64,000 nt of DNA from a virus (lineage: Duplodnaviria; Caudoviricetes), in IMG/VR virus record IMGVR_UViG_3300027914_000334, positions 32,001-96,000 of that record; one strand, written 5' to 3'. The notes under the pieces were generated by a model. The model saw only the letters and a program-made list of their open reading frames with translations. It did not search any database and was not told the DNA's origin. Made by a program: the position numbers and the translations under genes. This document shows positions 19,740 to 29,832 of this stretch, piece after piece. The stretch's first letter is position 1. The number at the start of each line of letters is the position of its first letter.

Positions 19740-20175
19740 TATGAAATACACAGGACATACTATTGTATTTAAAGAACATCCAGAATATGTATCTCTTTTG
19801 ATATCCATCTCAAATTGTCCGGTTAAATGTCCAGATTGCCATACACCGGAATTGCAAAAAGATATCGGAGAAGTATTAACAATCGAAAAATTAAAGGATT
19901 TGATTGTTAAATATTATGGACTTGTCCAGAACGTTATATTCTTTGGTGGAGATCAATATCCTATCCAGATTGTAGAAATGTTAAAGTTATGTCATGATTT
20001 TGGGCTTAAAACTACTATATGGACAGGCAGAGAAGATATAACGCCATGTATAAAGATGTACGTAGACTATTTAAAGACAGGCCCATATATTGAATCTAAA
20101 GGTGGATTAGAATGTCCTAGTACGAATCAAATGTACATCGAAGTTAAAACAGGAAAGGATATTGTTATCAGATGA
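19723..20175 (+). CDS. nrdG: anaerobic RNR activating radical-SAM protein
   Basis: CPVKCPDC, FFGGD, DYLKTGPY, TNQ; adjacent to nrdD. Confidence 0.92.
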   Translation: MTFEDDMKYTGHTIVFKEHPEYVSLLISISNCPVKCPDCHTPELQKDIGEVLTIEKLKDLIVKYYGLVQNVIFFGGDQYPIQIVEMLKLCHDFGLKTTIWTGREDITPCIKMYVDYLKTGPYIESKGGLECPSTNQMYIEVKTGKDIVIR

Positions 20176-20675
20176 GAAAGATAGAGATTGTTAAAGTCAA
20201 GAAACTTACAGAAGATGCTATTCTACCAACCTACGCAAAAGAAGGCGATTGTTGCGCCGATCTTTATGCAAACGCCGATATAAAGTGGACCCCACTTGAA
20301 ATCAATATCAGTGAAGATGATGAAAAGACCGATTATAAAAGAGTAGGATATAAAGCAATTGTTCCTACAGGTATTGCTGTAGCATTACCAATCGGATATG
20401 AGTGGCAAGTTAGACCTCGTTCTGGAAATGCCGCTAAGTATAATATAAGCGTACTTAATACACCCGGTACTTGCGACGAGGAATATCGTGGAGAAGTTAT
20501 GGTAATCCTCGTATGTATCGGAGAACCTATTGGGCCATTTGCAAATGGTATCAAGAAAGGTATGCGAGTAGCGCAAGTAAAACTGTCCGAGGTCACTGTA
20601 GCTAAGTTTGAAGAGGTTGCTACATTACCAACAACTGATCGTGGGGAGGGTGGGTTAGGTAGTACTGGAGTATAA
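20172..20675 (+). CDS. dut: dUTPase
   Basis: DL, VPTG, RPRSG, NTPG.(C)D..YRGE, RVAQ, RGEGGLGSTG. Confidence 0.95.
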   Translation: MRKIEIVKVKKLTEDAILPTYAKEGDCCADLYANADIKWTPLEINISEDDEKTDYKRVGYKAIVPTGIAVALPIGYEWQVRPRSGNAAKYNISVLNTPGTCDEEYRGEVMVILVCIGEPIGPFANGIKKGMRVAQVKLSEVTVAKFEEVATLPTTDRGEGGLGSTGV

Positions 20676-20691
20676 AAGCCCACAACACACT

Positions 20692-20970
20692 ATGGTATTT
20701 AAGTTCAATGACACAGGTAAGACCATAAAACCACTTGCAATAATCGTAGAAACAACAAGCTTTCAGAAGGTTAATTGTCTGTTAATTAAGCAAGTCATTG
20801 GAAATGCTATGTCTCTTGACATGCTTAATTATAAAGACAATAAGACTCTTAATCGTGATATCGAGAACTTATATAATAAGCTCAACGACTATTACAAGTC
20901 AGAAGAAGAAAAGAAAGCTAAGATAGGGTTTGCTCCGTCTGCCGAAGGAGACGATGACGGCCATGAATAA
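20692..20970 (+). CDS. hypothetical protein
   Basis: ORF in operon flow. Confidence 0.55.
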   Translation: MVFKFNDTGKTIKPLAIIVETTSFQKVNCLLIKQVIGNAMSLDMLNYKDNKTLNRDIENLYNKLNDYYKSEEEKKAKIGFAPSAEGDDDGHE

Positions 20971-21166
20971 GAATGTGACGAAGAAGATACTGAATAGCTT
21001 ATGTATAGAAGGCAAATGCACAAAGCTTATACAAGAAGAAAGTAAGTTATCTTGTTCGGAAAAATGCAAAGAATTCTGGGAATATTTGCAGGGTTATACA
21101 GCCAACGAAAAACACACAACATTCAAACCATGCCAGAAATACGATAAAGGTGAAGAATATGCTTAA
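20963..21166 (+). CDS. Cys-containing hypothetical protein
   Basis: overlaps the upstream stop, RBS present. Confidence 0.5.
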   Translation: MNKNVTKKILNSLCIEGKCTKLIQEESKLSCSEKCKEFWEYLQGYTANEKHTTFKPCQKYDKGEEYA

Positions 21167-21374
21167 ACTAGAAACGAAAATTACCGTTGATTTTATAAAG
21201 GGATTTGATTGTCCGATTGTATTCCACAATGAAGATTATACGATCTGGGAAACTAAGCATGGTGATGTTCTTATGAATAAAAAAGGTGATTACTATTTAA
21301 TGACAAAAGGAGAGTCGGCTATCTTTATATCTCAATATGATGCTCAATATCGGGCAAACAAACCAATAGGATAA
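21159..21374 (+). CDS. hypothetical protein
   Basis: ORF in operon flow. Confidence 0.5.
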   Translation: MLKLETKITVDFIKGFDCPIVFHNEDYTIWETKHGDVLMNKKGDYYLMTKGESAIFISQYDAQYRANKPIG

Positions 21375-21390
21375 TTAGCCGAAACAAGAC

Positions 21391-22146
21391 ATGCAACCAA
21401 AAATTTTACTAGATACCAAATTGGATGCTATTGAGCTTCTACCTCTTTTCGATTTACATCTTGGGTCGTATGAATGTGATGAAGGTCTTATCGACAGTGC
21501 CATTAATTACATAAGACATCACAACAAATGTTTCACCTTCCTTGGTGGTGATATCATAGAATGTAACGTATATGGCAAAACCAACAATGTTCATACTCAA
21601 AAAATGCAACTGGATGAACAGGTAGAACGCATTAAAGAGAAGTTATATCCTATAAGGAACAAGATACTTTTCTCAGTTACTGGAAACCATGAGCATAGGA
21701 TTGAAAAAGCTACTGGTCTTAACCTTTCTAAGATCATAGCGGATAGTCTGAATGTTAATTTTTGCGATTGGGAAAGTCATTTTATAATTAAATTTAAGAA
21801 CAAGTTATGTAAGCTATATGCTCATCATGGAACAGGTTCTTCTGTAACAAGCGGTGCTAAACTTAACTCAGCAGAAAAGTTACACTTCCGTTCCCCAATG
21901 GCTAATATAATTATTTGTGGTCATTTGCATTTCCCTATAAATTCAGAAAGGGAGATTCGGTATCTTGATAACAGTGGTAACATTAAGAAATTTACTCAGC
22001 ATTATGTCGTGTGCGGGTCTGCTCATGGTAGTAATGGATATGCGTCGATGAAAGCGTATTCCCCCGTGCCCCGATCTATGACAAAGATCACAGTTGTACC
22101 ACATGCATCGGATTTCAATGTATATATCAATAAACTTAAGGAATAA
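21391..22146 (+). CDS. calcineurin-like metallophosphoesterase
   Basis: DLH, GGD, GNHE, HG and GHLH motifs. Confidence 0.9.
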   Translation: MQPKILLDTKLDAIELLPLFDLHLGSYECDEGLIDSAINYIRHHNKCFTFLGGDIIECNVYGKTNNVHTQKMQLDEQVERIKEKLYPIRNKILFSVTGNHEHRIEKATGLNLSKIIADSLNVNFCDWESHFIIKFKNKLCKLYAHHGTGSSVTSGAKLNSAEKLHFRSPMANIIICGHLHFPINSEREIRYLDNSGNIKKFTQHYVVCGSAHGSNGYASMKAYSPVPRSMTKITVVPHASDFNVYINKLKE

Positions 22147-22362
22147 ATATGAATCACATTACACTTTTGCGAATTATGGCTGTTGTTCAGGCATGGGATG
22201 AAACAACCTTCCCGGTGATACTGTGGGTCTATGCCGCCATCCTCGAAATCGAGTGGTGGGGCATGGTTGCGAGAAATACCTTCCTTGAAAATTATGCGAT
22301 TAAAAACGTGAAACTCGAAAAAGAGAGCAATCAATTATCAGAAAATGAATAATAACAACCCC

Positions 22363-22391
22363 TTGACATGGCGTTAATCTTGGTGTATCAT
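22363..22391 (+). promoter_or_regulatory. sigma70-type promoter
   Basis: TTGACA-N17-TATCAT with TG extension, intergenic. Confidence 0.7.
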
Positions 22392-22462
22392 CCTTCCATG
22401 TGAAGCTCTTTAATAACATTTAAAAATTATATTATACATACGCTTTTATTGGAGGCATTTTC

Positions 22463-22822
22463 ATGGGAGCTGTCAAAAAAGAGCATGGGGTTCGTTTTCT
22501 TAAAAAGTTTCACCAGAAGAAGCTTAAAGAAATCCAGAGGAAAATTACCAGAGAAGAACGCCAAGATTACATTGACAAGTTAGAAACAAAAGATGTCGAA
22601 ATTTCTGGTTGTAAGAAGTTAGAAAGTTCTGCTATACTGCGTATCCTGTCCGAGAAAGAATGTCCTGTATGTGGAACAACGGTATATCCACCGAGGATTT
22701 ATTGTGATGTCTGTAGACCATCAGTTAAAAAACAAGAATCATCGGTGGCTGTTAACGACTCAGTAGATACGTTCGAATGTGAAGATAAAGTAGGTACATC
22801 TGGAATACGAGATCAACTATAA
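22463..22822 (+). CDS. zinc-ribbon protein
   Basis: CPVCG...YCDVC; GGAGG RBS. Confidence 0.65.
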   Translation: MGAVKKEHGVRFLKKFHQKKLKEIQRKITREERQDYIDKLETKDVEISGCKKLESSAILRILSEKECPVCGTTVYPPRIYCDVCRPSVKKQESSVAVNDSVDTFECEDKVGTSGIRDQL

Positions 22823-24078
22823 TGGCGATAAACTTAAGTATCAAGAATCGTGATGTATTGGAAGATTGCAAAACTAAAGAAGATTGTAGTTTTGACATAA
22901 TATTTTCCGATCCACCATACAACTTGAATACTAAGTGGAAAATCGACAAGACTACCGGCAGTTACGAGACAAATAGCGCAGTAGATTTCCTTGGTAAATG
23001 GGAAGGTCTAAATGGTAAGTTCTTAGATTCCATGTTTCGACAATTTTACAGGATCATGAAACATGGAGGTTACTGTGTATTATATTGCGCTTCTAGGCAA
23101 TCTAGTCCGTTTTATTATTATGCTGTTAAACATGGGTTTGAAATTATGGAACCGCTGTATTGGTTTTATACTAAATCATTCCCAAAAGTTACAGACGTAT
23201 CAAAAGCCCTCAAATACAAAGGTATCGAAAATAACGACTTCCAAGGTTATAAGTATTCTCAGACACCACTGAAGCAAGTCTTAGACATGATCCTTGTTTT
23301 TCGTAAACCGGCAAAATTTGGAATCCAAGATGACATACTGGCGGCTTACAAGGATGATAAGATTCATCCATCATGCTTAAACATTGACGATAACAGAGTT
23401 CCGTTCGTATCGGAAGCCGACAAACGAGTATGTTCTAGTGTTCTTGGTGAACGTTCATGTGATACTGGTAGTGTATTTAACAAAGACACATGCCGTTTTC
23501 ACAATCCCGGTTATGTTATAACTGCTCATGATAATGGTAGATTTCCTTCACAATTATTTATAGATGAACATTGTAAAGATGTAATAGATGAACAAAGTGG
23601 TGAACGTAGAAGTGGTTCTCCTGTAAATAACCGACCTTTAAAACACTATAACTTTGAAAGAGATAACAAATACGCAGGTACTGTTAATTTCGAAGGTTAT
23701 GAGGATAAAGGTGGAGCAAGTAAAATATTACATGTATGCTCATACGAACAAGAACATGACCTTGTAATGTTTGCATCTAAAGTTGGTAAGTCTGAACGTA
23801 ATGCTGGTTGTGGGATGAATGTTCATCCATGTGTCAAACCGATTTCACTAAATTACAGAATTTTAAAATTGTTCAAACTCCCAAAGACATTTATGGAAAG
23901 AATTTATATTCCATTCTCTGGTTCTGGTTCTGAAGTAATAGCCGCAGTTAAGAATGGATACAACGAAATTCATGCCGTGGAGATTGACAAAGAACACATC
24001 AAAGTATCTGTTGAACGAATCAAATACTGGTCTAAGACTAAGATTAAAGAAGAAACAACTAAACCTAAATTATATTAA
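22822..24078 (+). CDS. DNA amino-methyltransferase (N6A/N4C, beta class)
   Basis: IIFSDPPY near the N-terminus; HPCVKP and PFSGSGS near the C-terminus. Confidence 0.9.
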   Translation: MAINLSIKNRDVLEDCKTKEDCSFDIIFSDPPYNLNTKWKIDKTTGSYETNSAVDFLGKWEGLNGKFLDSMFRQFYRIMKHGGYCVLYCASRQSSPFYYYAVKHGFEIMEPLYWFYTKSFPKVTDVSKALKYKGIENNDFQGYKYSQTPLKQVLDMILVFRKPAKFGIQDDILAAYKDDKIHPSCLNIDDNRVPFVSEADKRVCSSVLGERSCDTGSVFNKDTCRFHNPGYVITAHDNGRFPSQLFIDEHCKDVIDEQSGERRSGSPVNNRPLKHYNFERDNKYAGTVNFEGYEDKGGASKILHVCSYEQEHDLVMFASKVGKSERNAGCGMNVHPCVKPISLNYRILKLFKLPKTFMERIYIPFSGSGSEVIAAVKNGYNEIHAVEIDKEHIKVSVERIKYWSKTKIKEETTKPKLY

Positions 24079-24089
24079 GGATTAATGTT

Positions 24090-26231
24090 ATGCTAATGAA
24101 TACTGAGACGATTGATATAGTCCGTTCTTCCACCATGCAGGAACAATCCTTCGGGATTGGAAATCTTTCTGTCATTCTTTCCATTCTCAGAAGTAAATTA
24201 TATTCTAATCCTGTTAGGTCGATGATTCAGGAAATCCTTTCTAATGCGCGTGACGCTCACAGGGAAGCCGGGTTTGCCGATAAACCTATCGTCATTCAAT
24301 TCCCATGTGATATCGATCCATATTTCTACATTAAGGATTTCGGTCTTGGAATAACCCCAGATAGGATGAGTAACGTTTTCCTGCAATACGGTGCCAGTAC
24401 TAAACGTGGGGATAACGTTCAAACTGGTGGATTTGGTATTGGTGCCAAATCGCCATTTGCCTATTCCGATTCATTCTCTATCGAGACGATCACGAACGAG
24501 CTTGGATATAACATGCTTCGTTCCTATACGGCATATATCGACGAGACACAAATCGGTAAGATCGCTCTTATGAACGAGGAACGTACCAACGATCCTACTG
24601 GAACAAAGATTACCGTTCCTGTTAAGGAGCAAGATTATACCTATTTTTATCAGATGGCTCAGGATATCTGTAGGTGGTGGAAAGTAACACCTATTTCTAA
24701 TATTTCAATTAATAGAATTGAAATTCAAAAAGAAACAGACGATTATATCATCATGGATAACATCGGTAATAACATCGTACTTATCGACGAGATTCCGTAT
24801 GAACTTAGTAAGTCTTCTATCACAAGCCATCCAAAATACACAACTATAATGAACCAGTGTGATATGTTGCAAGCATCGTTAAAATTACACTTTAATAATT
24901 ATTCTAATTGTGTATTGAAGTTTAAGACTGGTGAACTAAGCATATCTGCCAATCGTGAAAATATTGATTATACCGATGAGAATATGGAAGTGTTTGCCTA
25001 TAAAACTAAGATAGTTATTGAAGATATTATTAAAACAATAACAGATGATTTGGCGTCATCAGAAACATATAAAGATGCTGTTAGTTATATTTATCGACTT
25101 AATCAAATATACCGTGAAATGTTTAAGGAACTAACCGGACAAATTACTTGGAAGGGGTTGCCTATATATGAAACGCTTAGAGATGGCAATCTGGTTAGGT
25201 ATTACTCGTACCTTGGAGAAATTGAAAGAGATACTAAAGATGTTGTTCATTCTTTCAGTGGTAATCATCTATTGTTTTATGATGACACAACTGATTTTTC
25301 TATTGCTCCGCGTATTCGGACTATCCTCCTAGATGATGAAAACGAAAATGTAAGAATCAATGTTATAAGACCGGAATATTGTTGGGATGTAGAACATACC
25401 GTTAAAGACACAATTTCCGGTAATGATATTATAACAAAGACAACATCCTATGCATATAAAGTACCTAAGCACATCAAGAACTATGAGGTATCTCCTAGAT
25501 TTCTTGCTTTTTATGAAAAGGCGATAAATGTATTGTTGGCGGCTGGTATGAAAATGCTGTCAACCGTAGGTTGCACTAAGAAAGAACGAGAATACACGAA
25601 GATATGTGGATATTATCTGAATGACAAATACGAAACTGGCGAAATGCCAGATAAAAACGCTAAATTCATATTCGCTAGTTCGAATAATACCAAGCTTTTC
25701 TTGGATGAAACCCATGGTAAGCATATTAATAAAATTAGCGATTATTATGATGCCTGTCCAGAATTAAAAAACCAAAAGATATACATCCTTACAAATACTG
25801 AATTGAAGCGTTATAAAAATAAAATATCTCTAAAGAATTATCTATTGCGTTATTTCCGAAAAAAGAGCAACGATCCAGTGTATATGGAGAAGTTTGATCT
25901 TGCTTGTAGGAGAAGTGTAATAGAGAACAAATATCCAAGACTTTTATATGATGGGGTTAATATCCCAGAGGTTGTTTCTATAAGGGATAGAATTCTCTCT
26001 ACAGATACATCAGATATGAATAAAGATATTAAAGTATTAAAGGCTCTTGGATTTTATTTTATAGAAGAAGATCGATATAAATCTGAAATAGAACTTGAAT
26101 TGGAGGAATTAGTTAAAAAATATACAATTCTCGATTATTACTTAAAATCAACAAGATGGTTCGCTACTGAAGATATTCGTTTATTTGAAATTATTTATTA
26201 TAAGGAGAAGGCGTATGCAGAAAAAGTATAA
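24090..26231 (+). CDS. rIIA: rIIA-like protein (GHKL ATPase N-terminus)
   Basis: LYSNP...QE..SNARDAH, DFGLG, STK, GGFGIG.KSPFAY; followed by rIIB. Confidence 0.88.
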   Translation: MLMNTETIDIVRSSTMQEQSFGIGNLSVILSILRSKLYSNPVRSMIQEILSNARDAHREAGFADKPIVIQFPCDIDPYFYIKDFGLGITPDRMSNVFLQYGASTKRGDNVQTGGFGIGAKSPFAYSDSFSIETITNELGYNMLRSYTAYIDETQIGKIALMNEERTNDPTGTKITVPVKEQDYTYFYQMAQDICRWWKVTPISNISINRIEIQKETDDYIIMDNIGNNIVLIDEIPYELSKSSITSHPKYTTIMNQCDMLQASLKLHFNNYSNCVLKFKTGELSISANRENIDYTDENMEVFAYKTKIVIEDIIKTITDDLASSETYKDAVSYIYRLNQIYREMFKELTGQITWKGLPIYETLRDGNLVRYYSYLGEIERDTKDVVHSFSGNHLLFYDDTTDFSIAPRIRTILLDDENENVRINVIRPEYCWDVEHTVKDTISGNDIITKTTSYAYKVPKHIKNYEVSPRFLAFYEKAINVLLAAGMKMLSTVGCTKKEREYTKICGYYLNDKYETGEMPDKNAKFIFASSNNTKLFLDETHGKHINKISDYYDACPELKNQKIYILTNTELKRYKNKISLKNYLLRYFRKKSNDPVYMEKFDLACRRSVIENKYPRLLYDGVNIPEVVSIRDRILSTDTSDMNKDIKVLKALGFYFIEEDRYKSEIELELEELVKKYTILDYYLKSTRWFATEDIRLFEIIYYKEKAYAEKV

Positions 26232-27237
26232 GAATTCAATAATCACTCCGAAAACGATTACATTGTGCTTCACTCCTTCGGAAACAGTTATAATCCCGAA
26301 GGACAATCCTAAGTTTGATGAGGTTAAGCGTCTTCTTTTCGAGGAACGTTTCGATGAGATTTATAGCTCCATCTCGATCAAAAACAGCATCCTTACAAAA
26401 TCAAAAGGTAAGATTCAATACGAGAATACGAAATTCAAGATCGGCAAAGACGAGCTTCCAGAATGTATCACCAAGTATCTTGTGGATTTCGATCTTAACA
26501 GAATTCCTCTGAAGTTCATCATCAACTTCTGGAATAGGCTTAAAAACAATCCTTCTGAAGAATCGAAGAAAGACCTGTTTGCTTTCATAAAGGCGGCCAA
26601 AATAGCTATTACTGAGAACGGTTGTTTTGTCGCATACAAGTACGTGCGAAATGATTTCATGGACTGTTATAGCGGCAAGTTCGACAACCATCCCGGCAAA
26701 ACTCCTACTATGAATCGCAAGGATGTTGATCCAGACAGGACTCGCACATGCTCCAATGGACTGCATGTTTGTTCTTGGGATTATTTACATGTGTCATCTA
26801 ACAACAAAATTGTGGAATGTCTTGTTGATCCGGTAGATGTAGTTACCGTTCCTATTGATTATAACGATACCAAGATGCGCGTCTGTAAGTATAAGGTCAT
26901 TCGTGAATGTAAGGAAAAGCTGGAACTTCCTCTTTACGAAGATCACTACAAGGAAGAAGGTCTTAAATTCATAAGGACTTCCAAGGATGGGCGTCTCAAG
27001 ATTGCGGCTTGTCACATCAATAGGCTCAATACCGATTCTCAGGTTTCAGCGTCTATCAATAATGGCAATATCTACGTGAAGTCTGAATATAATGCAACCA
27101 AGAATGGTGTAGTATTTTATGTTAATTCTGACGGCACTGTTAGACTTCCAAAGACATTCATGGAAAAGGCTGGTCTATTAAATAAAGACCTTGTGATAAC
27201 ATACGATTCAAAGTCCAGACATTTGAAAATCTCCTGA
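26215..27237 (+). CDS. rIIB: rIIB-like protein
   Basis: FW.RL..NPS, IT..G.FVAYK, CSNGLHV, V.P.DVV.VP.DY...KMRVC.Y. Confidence 0.9.
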   Translation: MQKKYKNSIITPKTITLCFTPSETVIIPKDNPKFDEVKRLLFEERFDEIYSSISIKNSILTKSKGKIQYENTKFKIGKDELPECITKYLVDFDLNRIPLKFIINFWNRLKNNPSEESKKDLFAFIKAAKIAITENGCFVAYKYVRNDFMDCYSGKFDNHPGKTPTMNRKDVDPDRTRTCSNGLHVCSWDYLHVSSNNKIVECLVDPVDVVTVPIDYNDTKMRVCKYKVIRECKEKLELPLYEDHYKEEGLKFIRTSKDGRLKIAACHINRLNTDSQVSASINNGNIYVKSEYNATKNGVVFYVNSDGTVRLPKTFMEKAGLLNKDLVITYDSKSRHLKIS

Positions 27238-27247
27238 CCTGAGCCAA

Positions 27248-27289
27248 AAGAGACTCCTATTATCGAAAAATAGATAATAGGAGTCTCTT
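27248..27289. terminator. long hairpin after rIIB, overlapping a promoter -35
   Basis: AAGAGACTCCTATTATC ... GATAATAGGAGTCTCTT. Confidence 0.6.
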
Positions 27290-27316
27290 GACAACAGGGT
27301 GGTGTTTTGATATATT
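27288..27316 (+). promoter_or_regulatory. sigma70-type promoter (probably a leaderless mRNA)
   Basis: TTGACA-N17-TATATT; ATG 27323 lies 7 nt after the -10. Confidence 0.65.
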
Positions 27317-27322
27317 CATCTC

Positions 27323-27613
27323 ATGAGAAGAACCACCGCAAGCGATATCCAAATGATCCGATGCCGGGGAAACCGGCTGGCGACCCGTTCTGAAGACCTT
27401 TTCAAACAGTTAAAACCCTTGTTTGAAAAGGGAACCACAGTCAAAGAAATTTCCTACCATATAGACTTTTCCCGAGACTACATCACTCATCTCTTGGAGG
27501 GGATAGAGGATATGGGATTGATCTATAAGAAGAGAATCGGTAGGTATTACCACTGGTTTGTAAATGATGTGGAGGACGATGAATATGAAAACGAGAGAGG
27601 ATATATTGATTGA
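27323..27613 (+). CDS. winged-helix DNA-binding protein
   Basis: TVKEIS..IDFSRDYI...L..IE..GLI..K..GR. Confidence 0.7.
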   Translation: MRRTTASDIQMIRCRGNRLATRSEDLFKQLKPLFEKGTTVKEISYHIDFSRDYITHLLEGIEDMGLIYKKRIGRYYHWFVNDVEDDEYENERGYID

Positions 27614-27782
27614 ACTTAGATTACTTAGAAGGTCACAGATACAGGTACTTAACAAGTTCTGTAAGGAAAATGGCATCTGTGATAGGTGCCACAATCCAAA
27701 CAGGCCGGTAATCGGGGCAAGTAAGTGTCAGTTCTGCCTTGATTATCTAAAGAAGTATGCGAAGGACAGGAGAACACTATGA
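27564..27782 (+). CDS. Cys4 zinc-finger protein (paralog A)
   Basis: CKENGICDRCHNPN...CQFC. Confidence 0.6.
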   Translation: MMWRTMNMKTREDILIELRLLRRSQIQVLNKFCKENGICDRCHNPNRPVIGASKCQFCLDYLKKYAKDRRTL

Positions 27783-27985
27783 ACAAGATCGAACAGAAGG
27801 TCAAAGATTTCTTGGAATTCAAAAAGAAGCACAACAAAGAGTTTACAGATTACTGTCGGGAGAATCAAATTTGTCTTAAATGCCACAATCCAAACAAGCC
27901 TATTAAAGAAGGTAATAGTTCTTGTGATGACTGCCTTCATAAAATGAGAAGTTATTATTACAACAGAAATAAGGATGAAGAATGA
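27779..27985 (+). CDS. Cys4 zinc-finger protein (paralog B)
   Basis: CRENQICLKCHNPN...CDDC; tandem paralog of the upstream ORF. Confidence 0.6.
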   Translation: MNKIEQKVKDFLEFKKKHNKEFTDYCRENQICLKCHNPNKPIKEGNSSCDDCLHKMRSYYYNRNKDEE

Positions 27986-28286
27986 TGAAAGAACTATTGA
28001 TAATAGTAGCGGCAATTATAATATGGTTTCATGGTGTAATTTTTGGATTTGGTAAAGGTGAAGAATATGCATACAAAGAAGCAATTAGCAAAGGTGCTGG
28101 TACATACGTTGTTGATAACAACAAAACCATAAGCTTTAAGTGGAATTGTGAGAAATAGAATGTGTTATACGGGCAAGTGTAAACACGAAGGTTACATGGG
28201 TGATTGTATTGCTATCATGGAAAATGGAAACGATGCGCGTGTGCGAAATGCGGTGTGTATCAAGAGTTATTTTGAGGAGAAATAAT

Positions 28287-28610
28287 ATGGATATTGGATT
28301 AGCTGCGTTGAAAAAGCTTCGGGAGGAGATTTCCAAAATCACATTGGAAGAGTATGAAAATCTCCTGGAAGAGAGTAAATCCTTTAATCCAAAACCTCAC
28401 TATTTTTTGGAAATCAATCGCACACACATCAGTGTTAGTTTAGAGTATTCTAGCGAAGTGCGAAGAAGTCTAATTGGAAAGTCTATTTATCAAATATGCG
28501 CTGAGTCAGACAATTCATTTCAAGTCACACAGAAAAATGAACTCAGCATAAACGTTGAAGGGCAAAATTTGTATCCTGCAAATGAAGTCTCAATAGGGGA
28601 AGCATCGTAA
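28287..28610 (+). CDS. putative TAC antitoxin-like protein
   Basis: GAGGAG RBS; helical N-terminus plus a low-complexity tail; TAATG-coupled to the SecB-like gene. Confidence 0.45.
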   Translation: MDIGLAALKKLREEISKITLEEYENLLEESKSFNPKPHYFLEINRTHISVSLEYSSEVRRSLIGKSIYQICAESDNSFQVTQKNELSINVEGQNLYPANEVSIGEAS

Positions 28611-29010
28611 TGGAGAATCAAGAATTTCGATTCTTGGGATATCGAATTAGCAAGTATTCATTTGAGATAGCAGAAACTTTTGGACAAACAGAAACAAATT
28701 TCTCGCAGGACATTAAGGTCACTAACCGTGTTTTTGAGGAAGAAAGGCGCGTTGTCGAGGTTACTATGGATCATAAAGTTGATACCGACACTAAGACCTT
28801 TTCTTCATTTACGCGAATTGTTGGTGTTTTTGAGGTAAGCAAAAGCATGGATCAAGCATTGTTTGAAAGAGCTAGAGACGATTTATTTAACGCTCACGTT
28901 AGATTTGGCAAGGCAATAAAGGATTTATTTCTAGTTCTACATCACAGGCGGGGATTCCTGCGGTAATTGTTCCAATCGTAAATTTGACAAAGGCTAAACC
29001 AGCAACCTAA
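28610..29010 (+). pseudogene. SecB-like chaperone, frame-disrupted near 28868-28917
   Basis: N-part FRFLGYRI...RIVGVFE; SecB-type C-terminus KGFISSSTSQAGIPAVIVPIVNL lies in another frame ending at 29010. Confidence 0.7.
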
Positions 29011-29114
29011 CTGCTAATCTGATTTGGAACAAGTTTGTGTGCTATCTCACAGGAAAGATGTGGTAGTTGATTATTTAAAACATCACTGTTATACTTTTAG
29101 TCGAGGAATAAGAT

Positions 29115-29300
29115 ATGTGCAAAAGCGGGAAATGTTCTTACGAAGACCATAAAGGTATGTGTTCATTGGATTGCGTAGAAAATCTACCATGCCACCCAGA
29201 GGTTCTGAAAGTCAAGAAATATGAAACTGGACTTCATCTAGTTTCTGTTGTAGCATTGTTTCTTCTGGGAATTCTACTTGGCATAATGACGGCGCATTAA
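29115..29300 (+). CDS. small Cys-rich membrane protein
   Basis: GAGGA RBS; C-terminal hydrophobic helix. Confidence 0.55.
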   Translation: MCKSGKCSYEDHKGMCSLDCVENLPCHPEVLKVKKYETGLHLVSVVALFLLGILLGIMTAH

Positions 29301-29425
29301 TATGAACATAGACTGGATTTTATTTGCTGGATGTTCGCTATTACTTAGCGTAATAGTGGTCTTTGTAATGGAAGAAGCATATTCCGTATTTATATCGCAA
29401 AAATCAAAAGAAAAGGACAATAACC

Positions 29426-29668
29426 ATGTGTAACTGTGATGAAGCCTGTGAAAGCTGTTCCTGTGAATCAAAGGAAACCATGACCGAACTTCTGGCGCGG
29501 CTGATGTTCGATAGTAACATTACCGTAGAGGACTTTTCCAAGAAAGCCCAGATTCCGGTAAAGCATATCGAAGCTATTCTTTCTCAAGATAGTGACAATA
29601 TCGATACTGAATGTCTGTTTAATGCCTTCATGGAAAATTACAGACCGGTATTCGCTAAGATGGTATGA
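29426..29668 (+). CDS. HTH (XRE-like) protein
   Basis: L..LM...NITVEDFSKKAQIP...I..I. Confidence 0.5.
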   Translation: MCNCDEACESCSCESKETMTELLARLMFDSNITVEDFSKKAQIPVKHIEAILSQDSDNIDTECLFNAFMENYRPVFAKMV

Positions 29669-29832
29669 GTTGCGAAAACTGTAAGCTTCGTAAAATCATA
29701 GAGGACTTGTTAAAAGCATTGTCCTGTATTTTTGACGAGACTGAAGAAGAGAAAATCGAAGATATATCGATCCATGCTATAAGACAAGCAGAAAAGGATT
29801 ATAGCGAGTTTAAATAATTTCTGGAGGTTACA

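Noticed and set aside
28868-28917. Programmed frameshift or simple inversion restoring the SecB-like gene
   Set aside because: The expected NAPAILYP-like segment is not present in any forward frame, and the reverse complement gave no convincing match, so a replacement or rearrangement is more likely.
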